DNA of 64,000 nt, taken from the NCBI RefSeq assembly GCF_036971445.1, contig NC_091478.1, forward strand, positions 28,086,001 to 28,150,000, read 5' to 3'. The notes beneath the pieces were generated by a model, which searched no databases, was not told the origin of the DNA, and saw only the letters and a list, made by a program, of their open reading frames with translations. The stretch's first letter is position 1. Each line of letters starts with the position of its first letter. This stretch comes from Narcine bancroftii (taxonomy: Eukaryota). This document shows positions 24,801 to 37,756 of the stretch, piece after piece. A program made the translations under genes and the position numbers.

Positions 24801-25343
24801 GGGGGTGCAGGGGGTGAGCCCGGGGGTGCAGGGGGTGAGCCCGGGGGTGCAGGGGGTGAGCCCGGGGGTGCAGGGGGTGAGCCCGGGGGTGCAGGGGGTG
24901 AGCCCGGGGGTGCAGGGGGTGAGCCCGGGGGTGCAGGGGGTGAGCCCGGGGGTGCAGGGGGTGAGCCCGGGGGTGCAGGGGGTGAGCCCGGGGGTGCAGG
25001 GGGTGAGCCCGGGGGTGCAGGGGGTGAGCCCGGGGGTGCAGGGGGTGAGCCCGGGGGTGCAGGGGGTGAGCCCGGGGGTGCAGGGGGTGAGCCCGGGGGT
25101 GCAGGGGGTGAGCCCGGGGGTGCAGGGGGTGAGCCCGGGGGTGCAGGGGGTGAGCCCGGGGGTGCAGGGGGTGAGCCCGGGGGTGCAGGGGGTGAGCCCG
25201 GGGGTGCAGGGGGTGAGCCCGGGGGTGCAGGGGGTGAGCCCGGGGGTGCAGGGGGTGAGCCCGGGGGTGCAGGGGGTGAGCCCGGGGGTGCAGGGGGTGA
25301 GCCCGGGGGTGCAGGGGGTGAGCCCGGGGGTGCAGGGGGTGAG
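24801..25343. repeat. Perfect 21-bp minisatellite (GGGGGTGCAGGGGGTGAGCCC), about 25.9 copies
   Basis: 25 identical full units plus an 18-nt partial unit. Confidence 0.97.
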
Positions 25344-25350
25344 GTTGGGG

Positions 25351-25498
25351 GGGGGTGTTGTGGGCCTGGGAGGGCGTTTGGGGGGTGTTGTGGGCCTGGG
25401 AGGGCGTTTGGGGGGTGTTGTGGGCCTGGGAGGGCGCGGGGGGTGGGGGGCTGTGGGCCTGGGAGGGCGGAGGGAGGTGGGGGGCTGTGGGCCTGGGA
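25351..25498. repeat. 30-bp G-rich tandem repeat (GGGGGTGTTGTGGGCCTGGGAGGGCGTTTG), about 3 copies plus two diverged units
   Basis: Directly visible. Confidence 0.9.
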
Positions 25499-26548
25499 GT
25501 GCCCTGCTTTGGCCTCTTAAATCTCCCCCATTCTTCTGCAATATAGGAAATAAAGTCCTAACCTGTTTAACTTTCCCTGTAATCAGTTCCTCAAGTCTCG
25601 GCAACATCCTTGTAAATCTTTGGACTCTTTCAATCTTATTGATATCTTTCCTGTAGTTAGGTGACCAAAACTGCACACACTACTACAAATTTGGTCTCAC
25701 CAATGTCTTGTACAACTTTACCATAACATCCCAATTCCTGTACTCAATACTTTGATTTATGAAGGGCAAAAGGCCAAAAGCTCTCTTTACTTACCAGATT
25801 TTCAGTTTATCAGTTTCAAGTTTATTATCATCTGACTGTACATGTACAACCAGACCAAACAGGGTTCAGATCCTGCTGCAAGCTTTGAAAGCCTTCCTCA
25901 CTCTCCACCATTTCCTGAATCTTAGTGTCATCTGCAAACTTGCTGACCCAATTTACCACATTATCATCAAGGTCGTGGATATTGATGACAAACAACAATG
26001 GTCCCAGCATTGATTCCTGAGGCACACCAGTAGTCACAGGCCTCCAATCAAGAGAGGCAATCACCTACCACCACTCTGGCTTCTTCCACAAAGCCAATGT
26101 CTAATTGAATTTACTATCTCATCCTGAATTACCAAGCCACTGAACCTTCCTGAAACCACCCATGTGGGACCTTGTCAAAAATCCACACAGACAACATTCA
26201 CAGCCTTTCCTTCATCAACTTTCCTAGTAACCTTCTCAAAAAGCTTTATAAAATTGGTTAGACATAACATAACACACAAAGCCATGATGACTATCCCTAA
26301 TCAGTCCCTGACTATGCAAATATTCATAAATCCTTTCTCTTAGAACACAGTTAAATAACTTACCAATTACTGATGTCAGGCTCTTTCTGAAACAAATAAA
26401 TAACATGAGTTACCCTCCAATCCTCCAGCACCTTGCCTGTGGACATTTTAAAAACCTTTGCTTTGACCCCTGCAATTTCTATGCAAAATTCCGTCAAGGT
26501 CCAAGGGAATATCTTGTCAGACATTGGTAATTTAACCACCCTTACTTA

Positions 26549-28415
26549 TAACCATATAACCACTTACAGCACAGAACAGGCCAGTTCGGCCCTACTAGTC
26601 CATGCCGTAGCAAATCCCCACCCTCCTAGTCCCACTGACCAGCACCCGGTCCATACCCCTCTAGTCCCCTCCTATCCATGTAACGATCCAGTCTTCCCTT
26701 AAATGTAACCAATGATCCCGCCTCGACCACGTCTGCCGGAAGCTCATTCCACATCCCCACCACCCTCTGCGTAAAGAAATTTCCCCTCATGTTCCCCTTA
26801 TAATTTTCCCCCTTCAATCTAAACCATGTCCTCTAGTTTGAATCTCCCCCTTTCTTAATTGAAAAAGCCTATCCACATTTACTCTGTCTGTCCCTTTTAA
26901 AATCTTAAACACCTCTATTAAGTCCCCCCTCAATCTTCTACGCTCCAGAGAAAAAAGCCCCAGTCTGCACAACCTTTCCCTGTAACTCAGACCCTGAAAT
27001 CCTGTCAACATTCTCGTGAACCTTCTCTGCACTCTCTCTATTTTGTTTATATCTTTCCTATAATTTGGTGACCAAAACTGTACACAGTACTCCAAATTTG
27101 GCCTCACCAATGCCTTGTACAATTTCATCATAACCTCCCTACTCTTGAATTCAATACTCCGATTTATGAAGGCCAACATTCCAAATGCCTTCTTCACCAC
27201 ACCATCTACCTGAGTATCAGCCTTGAGGGTACTATTTACCATAACTCCTAAATCCCTTTGTTGCTCTGCACTCCTCAATTGTCTACCATTCAATATATAT
27301 GACCTATTTAAATTTACCTTTCCAAAATGTAGCACCTCACATTTATCTGTATTAAATTCCATCAGCCATTTCTCAGCCCACACCTCCAGCCTTCCTAAAT
27401 CACCTTTTAATCTACAGTAATCTACCTCACTGTCCACAACACCACCAATCTTTGAGTCATCTGCAAACTTGCTTATCCAATTCTCCACCCCTACATCCAG
27501 ATCATTAATATATATAACAAATAATAGTGGACCCAGGACCGAACCCTGAGGAACTCCACTAGTCACCGGCCTCCAATTGGACAAACAATTTTCTACCACT
27601 ACTCTCTGACACCTCCCATCCAACCACTGCTGAATCAATTTCACTACCTCTTTATTTATACCTAATGCCTCCACCTTTTTTCCTAACCTCCTGTGGGGAA
27701 CTTTGTCAAAAGCTTTGCTAAAGTCCATATATATAACATCCACAGCTTTCCCTTCATCAACCTTTTTTGTAACCCCCTCGAAGAACTCAATCAGGTTTGT
27801 CAAGCATGATCTACCCCTGACAAAACCATGCTGATTACTCCCTATCAATCCCTGTACCTCCAAAAATTTGTAAATAGCATCCCTCAGAACATTTTCCATC
27901 AACTTGCCCACCACAGACGTCAGACTTACAGGCCTATAATTCCCAGGTTTGCATTTGGACCCTTTCTTAAACAGAGGAACCACATGCGCCACCCTCCAAT
28001 CCTTTGGCACCACCCCCGTGGCCAGTGACATCCTAAATATCTCTGTTAATGGCCCCACTAACTGTCCACTAGCCTCCCTGAGTGTCCTAGGGAATATTTT
28101 GTCCGGTCCGGGAGATTTATCCACCTTTATCTTTTTTAACACAGCCATCACTATCTCCTCGGTTATCCTTGTATGCTTCATGACCTCCCCACTATTTTTC
28201 TTTACTTAACTGGTTCAACATTTTTTTCCCTAGTGAATACCGAGGCAAAGAAATCATTCAAAATTTCCCCCATTTCCTCAGACTTCTCACTCAGCCTACC
28301 CTCGCTATCTACAAGGGGTCCAATTTTATTTCTCACTAATCTTTTACTTTTAATGTACTTATAGAAACCCTTTGGATTTATTTTTACTCTGTCAGCCAAA
28401 GCCTCTTCATGCCTT
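26549..28415 (-). mobile_element. Young 5'-truncated CR1 LINE with an open RT region, nested in an older CR1 (about 25520-26548 and 28420-29150)
   Basis: 455-aa ORF 26814..28181 (KSPGPD, NYRPVSLTS, DFSKAFD, GVPQGSVLGP, KFADD); one frameshift near 28205; (TATGGTTA)n-type 3' tail. Confidence 0.92.
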
Positions 28416-30171
28416 TTTTTTGTCTCAAGACAGCACCCACCTCCTCCTCTGTAATCTGTATGGGGTCCATGACCTCACTGCTATTTTGCCTCACTTCTAT
28501 AGAATATGTATCTGTTTCCAAGTAAATATAGATGCAAAAAGTCCATTTAATATCTCTCCATCTCTTTCGGCTCAATACATTGATGAGCACTCTGATCTTC
28601 AAGAGGACTAATTTTGTCCCTTGCTATCTTTTTGTGGTATCTGTAGAAGACGATGGGATTTTCCTTCACCTTGTCCGCCAGAGCCACCTCATTTCTTCCT
28701 TTACCTCATTTGCTCCTTGTTGCCTATACCTGCTGTGTATTCCTTCTTAAACAGATTATTGATATGCATCAAAAACCAAGGTTCCTTATGCCTGTTAACT
28801 TTAATCCTGACAGGAACATACAAACTGTATTCTTGAAATGTCACCTTGGAAGTGTCCCTCTTAACAAATACACTGTTGCCAGAAAACAACATGCCCCAAT
28901 CCACCCTTGCCAGCTCCATTCTGATTCCATCAAAATTGGCCTTTCTTCAGTTTAGCAACTCAACCTGAGAACCAGAGCTATCCTTTTCCATAATTATCTT
29001 GAAGCTAATGCCTTCACGATCAATAGATCCAAAGTGTTCTCTTAAACATATTGTCCTGTCTAATTCTGTACTAGAAGATTCAATATTACCCTCTCTTTTT
29101 TTGGGTCCTCTCTATTTTGATTAAGGAAACTTTCCTGAACACATTTACTAAACCCAATGCGAATGTGACCTGCTGAGTTTATCTAGCATGTTGAGCATTG
29201 CACTTGGCCCAGTATCTGCAGACTTCCTTGTTTTAACTCTCACCTATGCAGCCCTTCTACAGTATGAGTCTCAGTCAATTGTTATAATCACCTGCTATCA
29301 CAACCTTGTTTTTTGCCACTGTTTGCTCTCTCTACAAATTTCCACCATCAACAAGATGAACATAGAACATTATAGTACAGCATCGTACAGGCCCTTTGGC
29401 CCAGGATGTGCCAACCTATAGAAACCTACCCCAAAACAACCTAATCCTTCCCTACCTCACACCCATAACCTTCTACTTGTTTTGCATCCATTGTCCTATC
29501 TGAGAGTCCTTTAAATGTTCCTCTTGAATCAGTCTCCCAACACCACCCTAAGCAATGCATTTCAGGCATCCATCACTCTTGCTGTCAAAAAAAAAGTACC
29601 TCTCACTTCTCCCCTGAGCTTTCCTCCACTCAAACCTTAAACAAATGTCATCTGGTATTTTCCTGGGAAAAAGGTACTGGCTGTCCACCCTTTCTTTGCC
29701 TCTCATTATCCTTCCTGAGTCACCTCTCTTCCTTTGTTGTTAAAAAGAGGAAAGCCCTAACTTTGTCAAATTACATCATAGACCATGTTCTCCAATCCAG
29801 GCAACATCTTCGTAAATCTCTGTATCCTCTCTAAAGCTTCAATACGCTTCCCATAATTAAGTGATCGGAATGGGTGCTGTATAATATAATCCCATTAATA
29901 TGGTCATCTCTTTCTCATAGCTCTGTACCAGCGTAGACGAGCCCTCTCATCTGTCCTATCTGAGCACTGCTGTGACATTCTCCCTGACAAGCAATGCCAT
30001 CCCAGAACACTGAGGTGCCAGTCCTGCCCATCACTATTGGCCACAATGTCATAATTCCCCATGCTCACCTGCCTTTATGACAATACTTCTTGCTTCGAAA
30101 CTGATGCAACTCAGATTATCATTCCCACCATGTTCAACCTTTTGATTTCTGCTATTGTCTGCAGTCTGAAC

Positions 30172-30304
30172 TAGCCATTTTCAATGAGAGCCACAGCACA
30201 TTTAAGCAGGGCCACGGACTGGAATCATAAAATATTAAAAAAATTTTAAAATGTAGTCAGTAGGAGAGAAGTATGGAAGAAACTGAAAAGGTTGAAAATT
30301 GCTG
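30172..30304. mobile_element. hAT MITE (same family as 1988-2197)
   Basis: Degenerate TIRs; TSD GTCTGAAC/GTCTAAAC. Confidence 0.65.
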
Positions 30305-30492
30305 GTCTAAACAACCACTCCACTATGCCTCTCGTAATGTTATACTCCTCCATCAAGTCACTGCTCATCCTAAGTTGCTTCAAAGAGGAAAGCCCTAGCT
30401 TGCTCAACCTTTCAATGAATCATGTATGCCATTTATGCTGATAATTAGAGAGAGTGCTAACTCTGTTCCTCCCTGTCCTCTGCAAACCCTAG

Positions 30493-30573
30493 GTAAGAGG
30501 AAGATTCATTGCATGTTTTCTGATGGTGCGGAGATGGTGGAAGAGTATGAGGTTTGCAGTGACCAACTCCAGG
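30493..30573 (+). CDS. DPCD: DPCD exon 2 (GKRKIHCMFSDGAEMVEEYEVCSDQLQ)
   Basis: Similar to DPCD GRRKVHYLFPDGKEMAEEY. Acceptor CCCTAG|, donor G|GTGAGT; 81 nt. Confidence 0.93.
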
Positions 30574-33500
30574 GTGAGTATTACAAGCTAATCATTGATT
30601 TCCCTGGTAACCTGCATATTAAGTGTATTTGTTCCATGGAAGAGCACCAACAGAGAGTTCACCCAACTACCTTCCACATTCATTGGCATTACCATTCCTT
30701 AGAGTGCCATAAGGATCTCAATGGGGCCAGCCACATGATTATGAGACATGGTTTATGAGATGTATAGTTAGTGCAAAGCTATTAGTGCCAGGATTCAAAC
30801 CCTGAATCTGTAAGGAAGTAAATCTTGGAAGTATGCAGACACTGTGGTTGGCGGCACGGTTGGTGTAGCAATTAGCGTAACACCTTTATAGCGCCAACGA
30901 TCGGGACTGGACCTTGGTTCAAATCCCACACTATCTCCCTGTGTCTGTGTGGGTTTCCCTGGGGGTTCCAGTTTCCTCCCACTCTTCAAAAACGTACTGG
31001 GCTGTAGGCTAATGAGGTGTAAATTGGACAGTACGGCCAATTGGCCTGTTATAGTGCTGTATGCTTAAATTAAGAAAATTGAAGTAAAAAGTGCTGGAGC
31101 AATGCACCAGGTCAAACCGTGTACTTTATATAATAAAGATACATAACCAACGTTTTGGGCTTGAGCCCTTCTTCAAGGTATGGAAAAATGTTGGCAGGTT
31201 TCCAAACAAAAAGGTAAAGGGGGGGGGTAGGAGGGGAATATGGTCCCAAAGGCAGGAAGTAATAGGTGGAGAAGGGAGGGAGGGCACAGCAGCAAGCACA
31301 GGGATGGCTAGGTAGGGAGGGGGGGTGGAGAGCTGAGGGAAAGAAGTCAAGGGGAAGGGAAAGGAGGGAGAATGGTGAGAAGGTTAGCAGACACCGGAGA
31401 AGTCAATGTTAAGGAGTTTGTACATTCTCCCTGTGCCTGCATGGGTTTCCTCCGGTGGCTCCAGTTTCCGTTCACCCTTCAAAACGTATAGGTATTGTAG
31501 GTCAGTTGGGGTTTATGGGTGGCATGGGCTTGTGTACTGGAAGGGCCTGTTACAGCATTGTTTATCTAAAGTTTTTTAAAAATATAAAGAGACCACAAAC
31601 TTTCGAATCTGAAGCAAAAAAAACCCAAACTGCAGGAGGGGTTCAGCAAGTCGAGCTGCATGTATGGGGGTAATGGAATTGTTGGCGTTTTTAGTTGAGA
31701 TCTTTCATTGAGTGGAGAGGAAAGATAGCTGGCATAAAGGGAGTGGTAGGGTGAGATAGAGCAAGGGGTACATCAAGGAGAGGTGCAAGGTGATGGACAG
31801 ATGGAACCAGGAGAAGAGGGTGAAGGTAGAGGGTGATAAGCAGGAAAGTAACACTACCAGCGCTGGGATCTAGGCAGCAGGAATGGGAACTGTTAAGGGG
31901 ATCTGCTCATGGTGGAATTGTGCACTGTGAGGAAGATTGGCAAAGAATACAGCAACTTATTAGATGTGGGTGAAGAAATGGCAGATGCCGTTTAATCATG
32001 ACAAATGAGCTATTAGGAAGTGAAATATAAATGGAAAGTATACAGTAAATGTCAGGACCTGTAGGAGCATTGATGTACGAGGTATCATGGGGTGCACATC
32101 CATGCTTTTCTTAGAATGGCAACACAAGTAGATAGGTTGGTAAATAAATTGTTAAACTTTAATAAATTAAATTGTTAACTTTATAAGACATAGGAGCAGA
32201 AATAGGCTATTCAGCCCATTGAGTCTGCCCCACCATTTAAACTTGAGCTGATCCATTTCCCCACTCGGCCCCCCTGCCTGGCCTACTCCCCATAACCTTT
32301 GACGCCCTGGCTAATGAAGAGCCCATCAATATCTGTTTTAAATATACCCAATGTCTTGGCCTCTACAACTGCATGTGGCAACAAATTCCACAGATTATGA
32401 GTCTGGGTACAAAAGTCGAGAAGTCATGTTGCAGCTTTACAAGGTAAACAAGGAGTCTGCAAATGCTGGGGAGCAAATACAATATACCAAAGTGCTGGAA
32501 GACCACCAGGTCATGCAATATTAGACGCTGCAAGACCTGCTGAGTTCCTCCAAAAGCATTTTGGTGTATTGCACCGGCTCCCCAACACTTTTGTGTATTG
32601 CAGCTGTATGAAATTTTGTTTAGGCCACATTTGGAGTAATGTGTGTGGTTCTGATTCCCATGTTACAGCGAGGATATGGTGGTGTTGGAGAGGATGCAGA
32701 AAAGGTTCACAGGATGTTGCCTGGATTGGAGTGTATTAGCTATAAGAAGAGCTTAGACAAACTTGGGTCATTTTCTCTGGAGGTGAGGGGTGACCTGATT
32801 GGTTTATAAAATTATGAGAGGAGTAGATAAGGGGGTCTTTTTCCCAGAATGGAAAAGTCCAGTAGTAAAGGTCATAGATTCAAGGTGCAAGGGGGATGGT
32901 TTAAAGATGTACAAGGCAAATTTATTTTTTTCCAAGAATGGTAGTTTCCTGAATTGTGCTTCCAGACGAGATGTTCAAAGCAGATACAATAGCAACGTTG
33001 AAGGCATTTAGAGACATATGAACATCAAAAGAATGGAGGGATAGGGAGCATGTGTAGACAGGTGATTTGGTTTAGATTGTCATCAGGACCAGCAGAGATA
33101 TGGTGGGCCATCTTCCTGTTGGAGATGATCACTTCTCGCACATACACACCGTATTTAATGCCCACATCTAAATGTTTTTGTGGGATGGCACAAACTTTTT
33201 TTCAGAGAAAGGAGCTGAACATCAGGAAGTTTCCTTATTCCTGCCACCTCTGATGGATGGACCGCCATCCACGAAGGAGCAGTGAGGCCGGGAGAGATGC
33301 TCAGAGACTGAACATCTGACCATCTCTTTTATGCTAACTATTCATTCAAGATTATTTTTAAATTTTTATTGTCATGTAGTAAAACAGAAAATGTGATATT
33401 ACACAAAATTTCCTTCTACCATAAGGCAGACAAAAATTTGCCATCAGTAAAAATTGTCCAGCACCCTTTACAGTCTGAGAAAAGAACAAAAAGAGAATCC

Positions 33501-35353
33501 ACCCAGTCACTAAATGTCCATAGCTTTGCCTCCAGCGCTCGCACAGCCACACAGCCTTTAGTTAAAACCATTGGAAATCCGAGGTCCAGATGCAAATCTC
33601 TGACACAATCAGGAAGCCTCCATCACCCTCTCACATATCAGTTCCGATACCTGGTACCACTTCAGCAGTCTCCAGCAGTCTGTGTAGCCTGGTGTGAGTC
33701 CCTTGACCGCAGTCACTAGCAGCCTACAGCCTGCATGGATTCCTCACCTCGAGTTGCCAACAGCCTGCTGCCTGTGGGTTCTTCAGCCTCAGAGCCCCTT
33801 ATTGATCCACCACCGCAGATACCGGCCTGTGGGTTGCCTGCTCTGCTTCTTCTTCCCTGCACCAGTCCTCCACTTCCCTAGAGTCTGCAACCCTTTGTGG
33901 TCTCTGCTGATCATAGGCAACACCATCATGGGCCAGACCCTGTGGTCATGGGATTTTATAATAAATCATCTCACAAATAATCTCATTCATGGGAAGAAAT
34001 CCCTGTTGCCCAGGGTCTCCGTGCTGCAGGGCAGCTATTCCCTCCTGTAAAAACTGGCACTTGTTTTTATCACAGGTGAGCAGCAGTCCTGATATTCTGG
34101 CACTATAAGGGCTGAGAAGGGAGATGGCCTGAATGGCTACCACCTGAGGTAATACTTGTGTGAGTTACTCATGAGCATTACCTATGTATGATTTTGCCCT
34201 CAATGTGAATAGTACTAACTTTAGTTTAATATTCCATCTGTGGTGTGGTCTGACCTGGCCCACAGTTTGAGGGAAAGATTGTTTAAAACCACTTTAAAAC
34301 ATAAATGTCTCTATCCACAAGGACTATATGACCTTGTGGGGGAAGCCACAGCAAATATTATCACTGCACCTTGGTACAGGTAACGATAAATTTGAGCACC
34401 CCCTTCAAACGGTGTCTGAGGGTGACATTTAGGAAGTGTTTCTTTACTTCCCTGCGTTGATGATCTGGACCTGCTCTCACCACTGTTGACATAAAGAAGG
34501 AGTCATTCAAAAGGTTGGCTCATTGCCACTCTGGGTCAAAGGGGATGGCCACTAAACACAAATAGGGATGCAAATACATTGGAAACATTTAAAATTTTAA
34601 AATAAATTTAAAAATTTTATAGCATGGTAGAAGCTGATTCTGGCCATTTAAACCTATGCTGTCCAATTACACCCAAATTAACCCACAATCTCCGTATGTT
34701 TTGGAGGGTGGGAAGAAACCGGAGCACCTGGAGGAAACCCATGAAGACACGGGAAGAATGTGCAAACTCCTTATAGACAGTGCAGGGTTCGATCCTGGGT
34801 CACTGGTACTGTAACAGCTTGGCACTAACCATGCTGATTCTGTGGATTGTCTGATGCTCAGCTCTGCAATGTAAAATTTGACAAGCATTTTTACAAATTT
34901 ATATTTGGGCTTGGATATCAGTGTGAGTACCAAGTATTCCCAGGTACTGGTGCAAGGCTTCCTCTGCACTGTCCCATTAAACTCTGCCAAGTTAGGAGTG
35001 TCTTCGGTTAATTGAATTCCGCATTGGCCGGGGGTATCACAACTGCTGTCCCCTGCAGGCCTCAGGGATGTGGCTCCACTTTTTATTAAGTGTTGTTGTG
35101 GTATTGGAGCAACGCCACGCAGCCTGTTCCTGTCTCAGTATTCACCTCTTGTTCCTGGCTTTTCAGCAATATTTCAGTATAGGAGGGAAGCCGGAGCCAA
35201 AATCTAACTCTGAATAGTCATCCTGCTGTGTGAACACCAGAAACTCACTTCTGCACGACACCAGGCAATGCCTATTTTATATTTTACTATAAATTTTCGA
35301 ATGGTTTCCTCAGAATGATGCATTTTCATTTGTGTTGACTCCTTTGCTTTCAG

Positions 35354-35478
35354 TTAGGAAGTGGAAGCAGAAGACTGCACTGGGATCGCCTGGGCAGTGG
35401 GTGTTTGAGGTGGGGGAAGCAAGATCTGGAGCTGTGGACACCCTGGAGCAACAGCAGATACAGGAGAGTGTCAGTAGT
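35354..35478 (+). CDS. DPCD: DPCD exon 3 (VRKWKQKTALGSPGQWVFEVGE...QESVSS)
   Basis: Conserved VRKW...LG..GQW..EVG. Acceptor GCTTTCAG|, donor AGT|GTAAGT; 125 nt. Confidence 0.93.
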
Positions 35479-36133
35479 GTAAGTGCACTTAACACATGGG
35501 ATGTGAATGACTCTGGATTCATTGGTGAGAGTAGCCCTGTGGTGTAAGGAGGTCACACACCCTTCTGAACTTAACAGAAAGCACCTGAGTTTGGGCTGTT
35601 GGTAACTTCAACCATTAACTTAAAAATAAAGCTGCAGTAAAAAAGGTTCCTTGAGCTTGCTCCACCATTCATGGGCTCAACTCCATGTTCCTCCAACTCC
35701 CTATACCCCTGAATTTCGTGGTGGTCCAGAAACCTTAGTGACATCCACAACTCTAAGCCAGAAAATTTCTAAAATCCACAGCTCCTTGAGAGGGCCTCTT
35801 TGAGTTGGTCTTGTGGTTGACCCTTTATCCTGAACCCAAATCCCTTGATTGTGGATAGCCTCAAGGAATCTATATCTTGCAATACACAAATGTGCTAGAG
35901 AAATTCAGTGTCTATGGGAAATAAAGGGATAACCATTTCTGGCTTGAGCCCTTCGTCAAGGTGAGTTAACAACAGGCAGGCATTCGAATAAAAAGATGGG
36001 GTGGAAGAAGAGGAGGGAGGAAGGGGCAGGGGGGAAGAGCACAGGTTAACCAACCTCTCATCTTCCCTGTTAAACTCTTCTCAGAATCTTGTATGTTTTT
36101 GCAACTTCACCTCTCATCTTTTTATATTTCTGA

Positions 36134-36325
<192 letters not shown>

Positions 36326-37617
36326 TAATTATGGCTCTGGTGTAAATTGAAAGAGCCAATGGCTTCTTTCTGTGCTGTTACAGTTCTCTGATGGTTCTGT
36401 GCCCAGGATCCTCCTCCTCATTTGGTCTCCCATTGCTGATGTGAGCGGTATCTCGTGTGGGGAGCACTTGTGTGGGGTTTGGCTTGGTGGACGTGGATAG
36501 TGTTAGTAGCAGACAACTGAACACTAACTCAGGGTCAGACAGGGAGGAATGTGGCAAGGCAGAATTGGATGTGGACCAGCACCGGAGAAGCACCGAATGA
36601 AGTTAGTATGTTGCAGCTCTATAAAATTCACATTTCGAGGAATGTTTTCAGTTCTGGTTGTCTCATTACAGAAAGGATGTAGAAGCTTTGGAGAGGTTGC
36701 AGAGGAGATTTACCAGAATGCTGCCAGCATTGGAATTTTGTCTTATGAAGCAAGGTGACTTCTCTTTGGTGATGACGGATGAGTGGTAACAACAGAGGTA
36801 CAGTATAAGATTATAAGAGGCAGACATGGGTGGACAGACTACACCTTTTTCTCAGGGCAAGAGTAGAAAATACCAGAGGATGTCTGTTTAATGTAGTGGA
36901 GGAAAGTTTGGGGGAGATGCGAAAGATAGCTTTGTAACACAGAGTGGTGAGTGCCTGGAATCCATTGCCAGAGTAGTAGTGGAGGCTGGTACAATAAGGG
37001 CATTCAAAGACTCAAGGATGTTAATACAATAGAGGGTTATGGGTGTGATGGAGGGAAGAATTAGATTAAAACCACAGAACATTACAGCATAGAAAACAGG
37101 CCCTTTGGCCTTTCTAGTCTGTGCCAAACTATTATTCTGCCTTGTCCCAATAACTTGCACCCAGTCCCTAACTCCCTATATTCCTCACATCTATGTACCT
37201 GTCTATATTTTTCTTAAATGTGAAAATTGAGCCTGCATTCACTTCAGCTGGCAGCTCGTTCCACACTCCTACCACTCTGTTTAAGAAGTTCCCCCTAAAT
37301 TTAACCCACGTCATCTGGTTTGTATCTCGCCTAACCTCAGTGGAAAAAGTCTACTTACATTTACTTTATCGATACCCATCATAATTTTGAATATGATTGT
37401 ATTAGATTGTTGTGGAGTAGGTTTGTAAAGGTCAGCACAACAATGTGGGCTGTAATATTTCATCTATGTGTTCTGGAGTGTGAATCCTGTGCTCCAGTCA
37501 TAATTCACAGAGGTGATGCATTGTGACCAGCTTCTGGCCACACACCAAGCTACTTGCTTTAATGGAACAGCCAAAACAAAGATCTTTGAGCTGTAGTACT
37601 TAGACATTTAGGTTACA

Positions 37618-37756
37618 AGGGCAGGTTGGGCCAAAGGGCCTGTTTCTCTCTAAGTGATGAGACTTCAGAAGCAATTTCTTTCAAATGTATTGAGACATCC
37701 TAGAGACTATGAAGATGGAAGCTGTTTCTATGTATGTTAACACTTACATAAATGCC
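37618..37756. repeat. 139-bp exact direct duplicate of 39572-39710
   Basis: Base-by-base identity from AGGGCAGGTTGGG to CATAAATGCC. Confidence 0.93.

Noticed and set aside
24549-25676. Long ORFs with PGLTPCT / GGAGGEP / VQGVSPG repeats resembling elastin or silk proteins
   Set aside because: By-products of a 21-bp minisatellite and a CR1 fragment in DPCD intron 1; several frames on both strands are open.
26814-28181. 455-aa ORF as a host or domesticated gene
   Set aside because: Ordinary 5'-truncated CR1 ORF2 with the element's 3' tail and an upstream frameshift.
30850-30930. tRNA-like sequence with A and B boxes (also 8810, 20390, 63730)
   Set aside because: These are SINE heads followed by the V-domain core, not cloverleaf tRNA genes.
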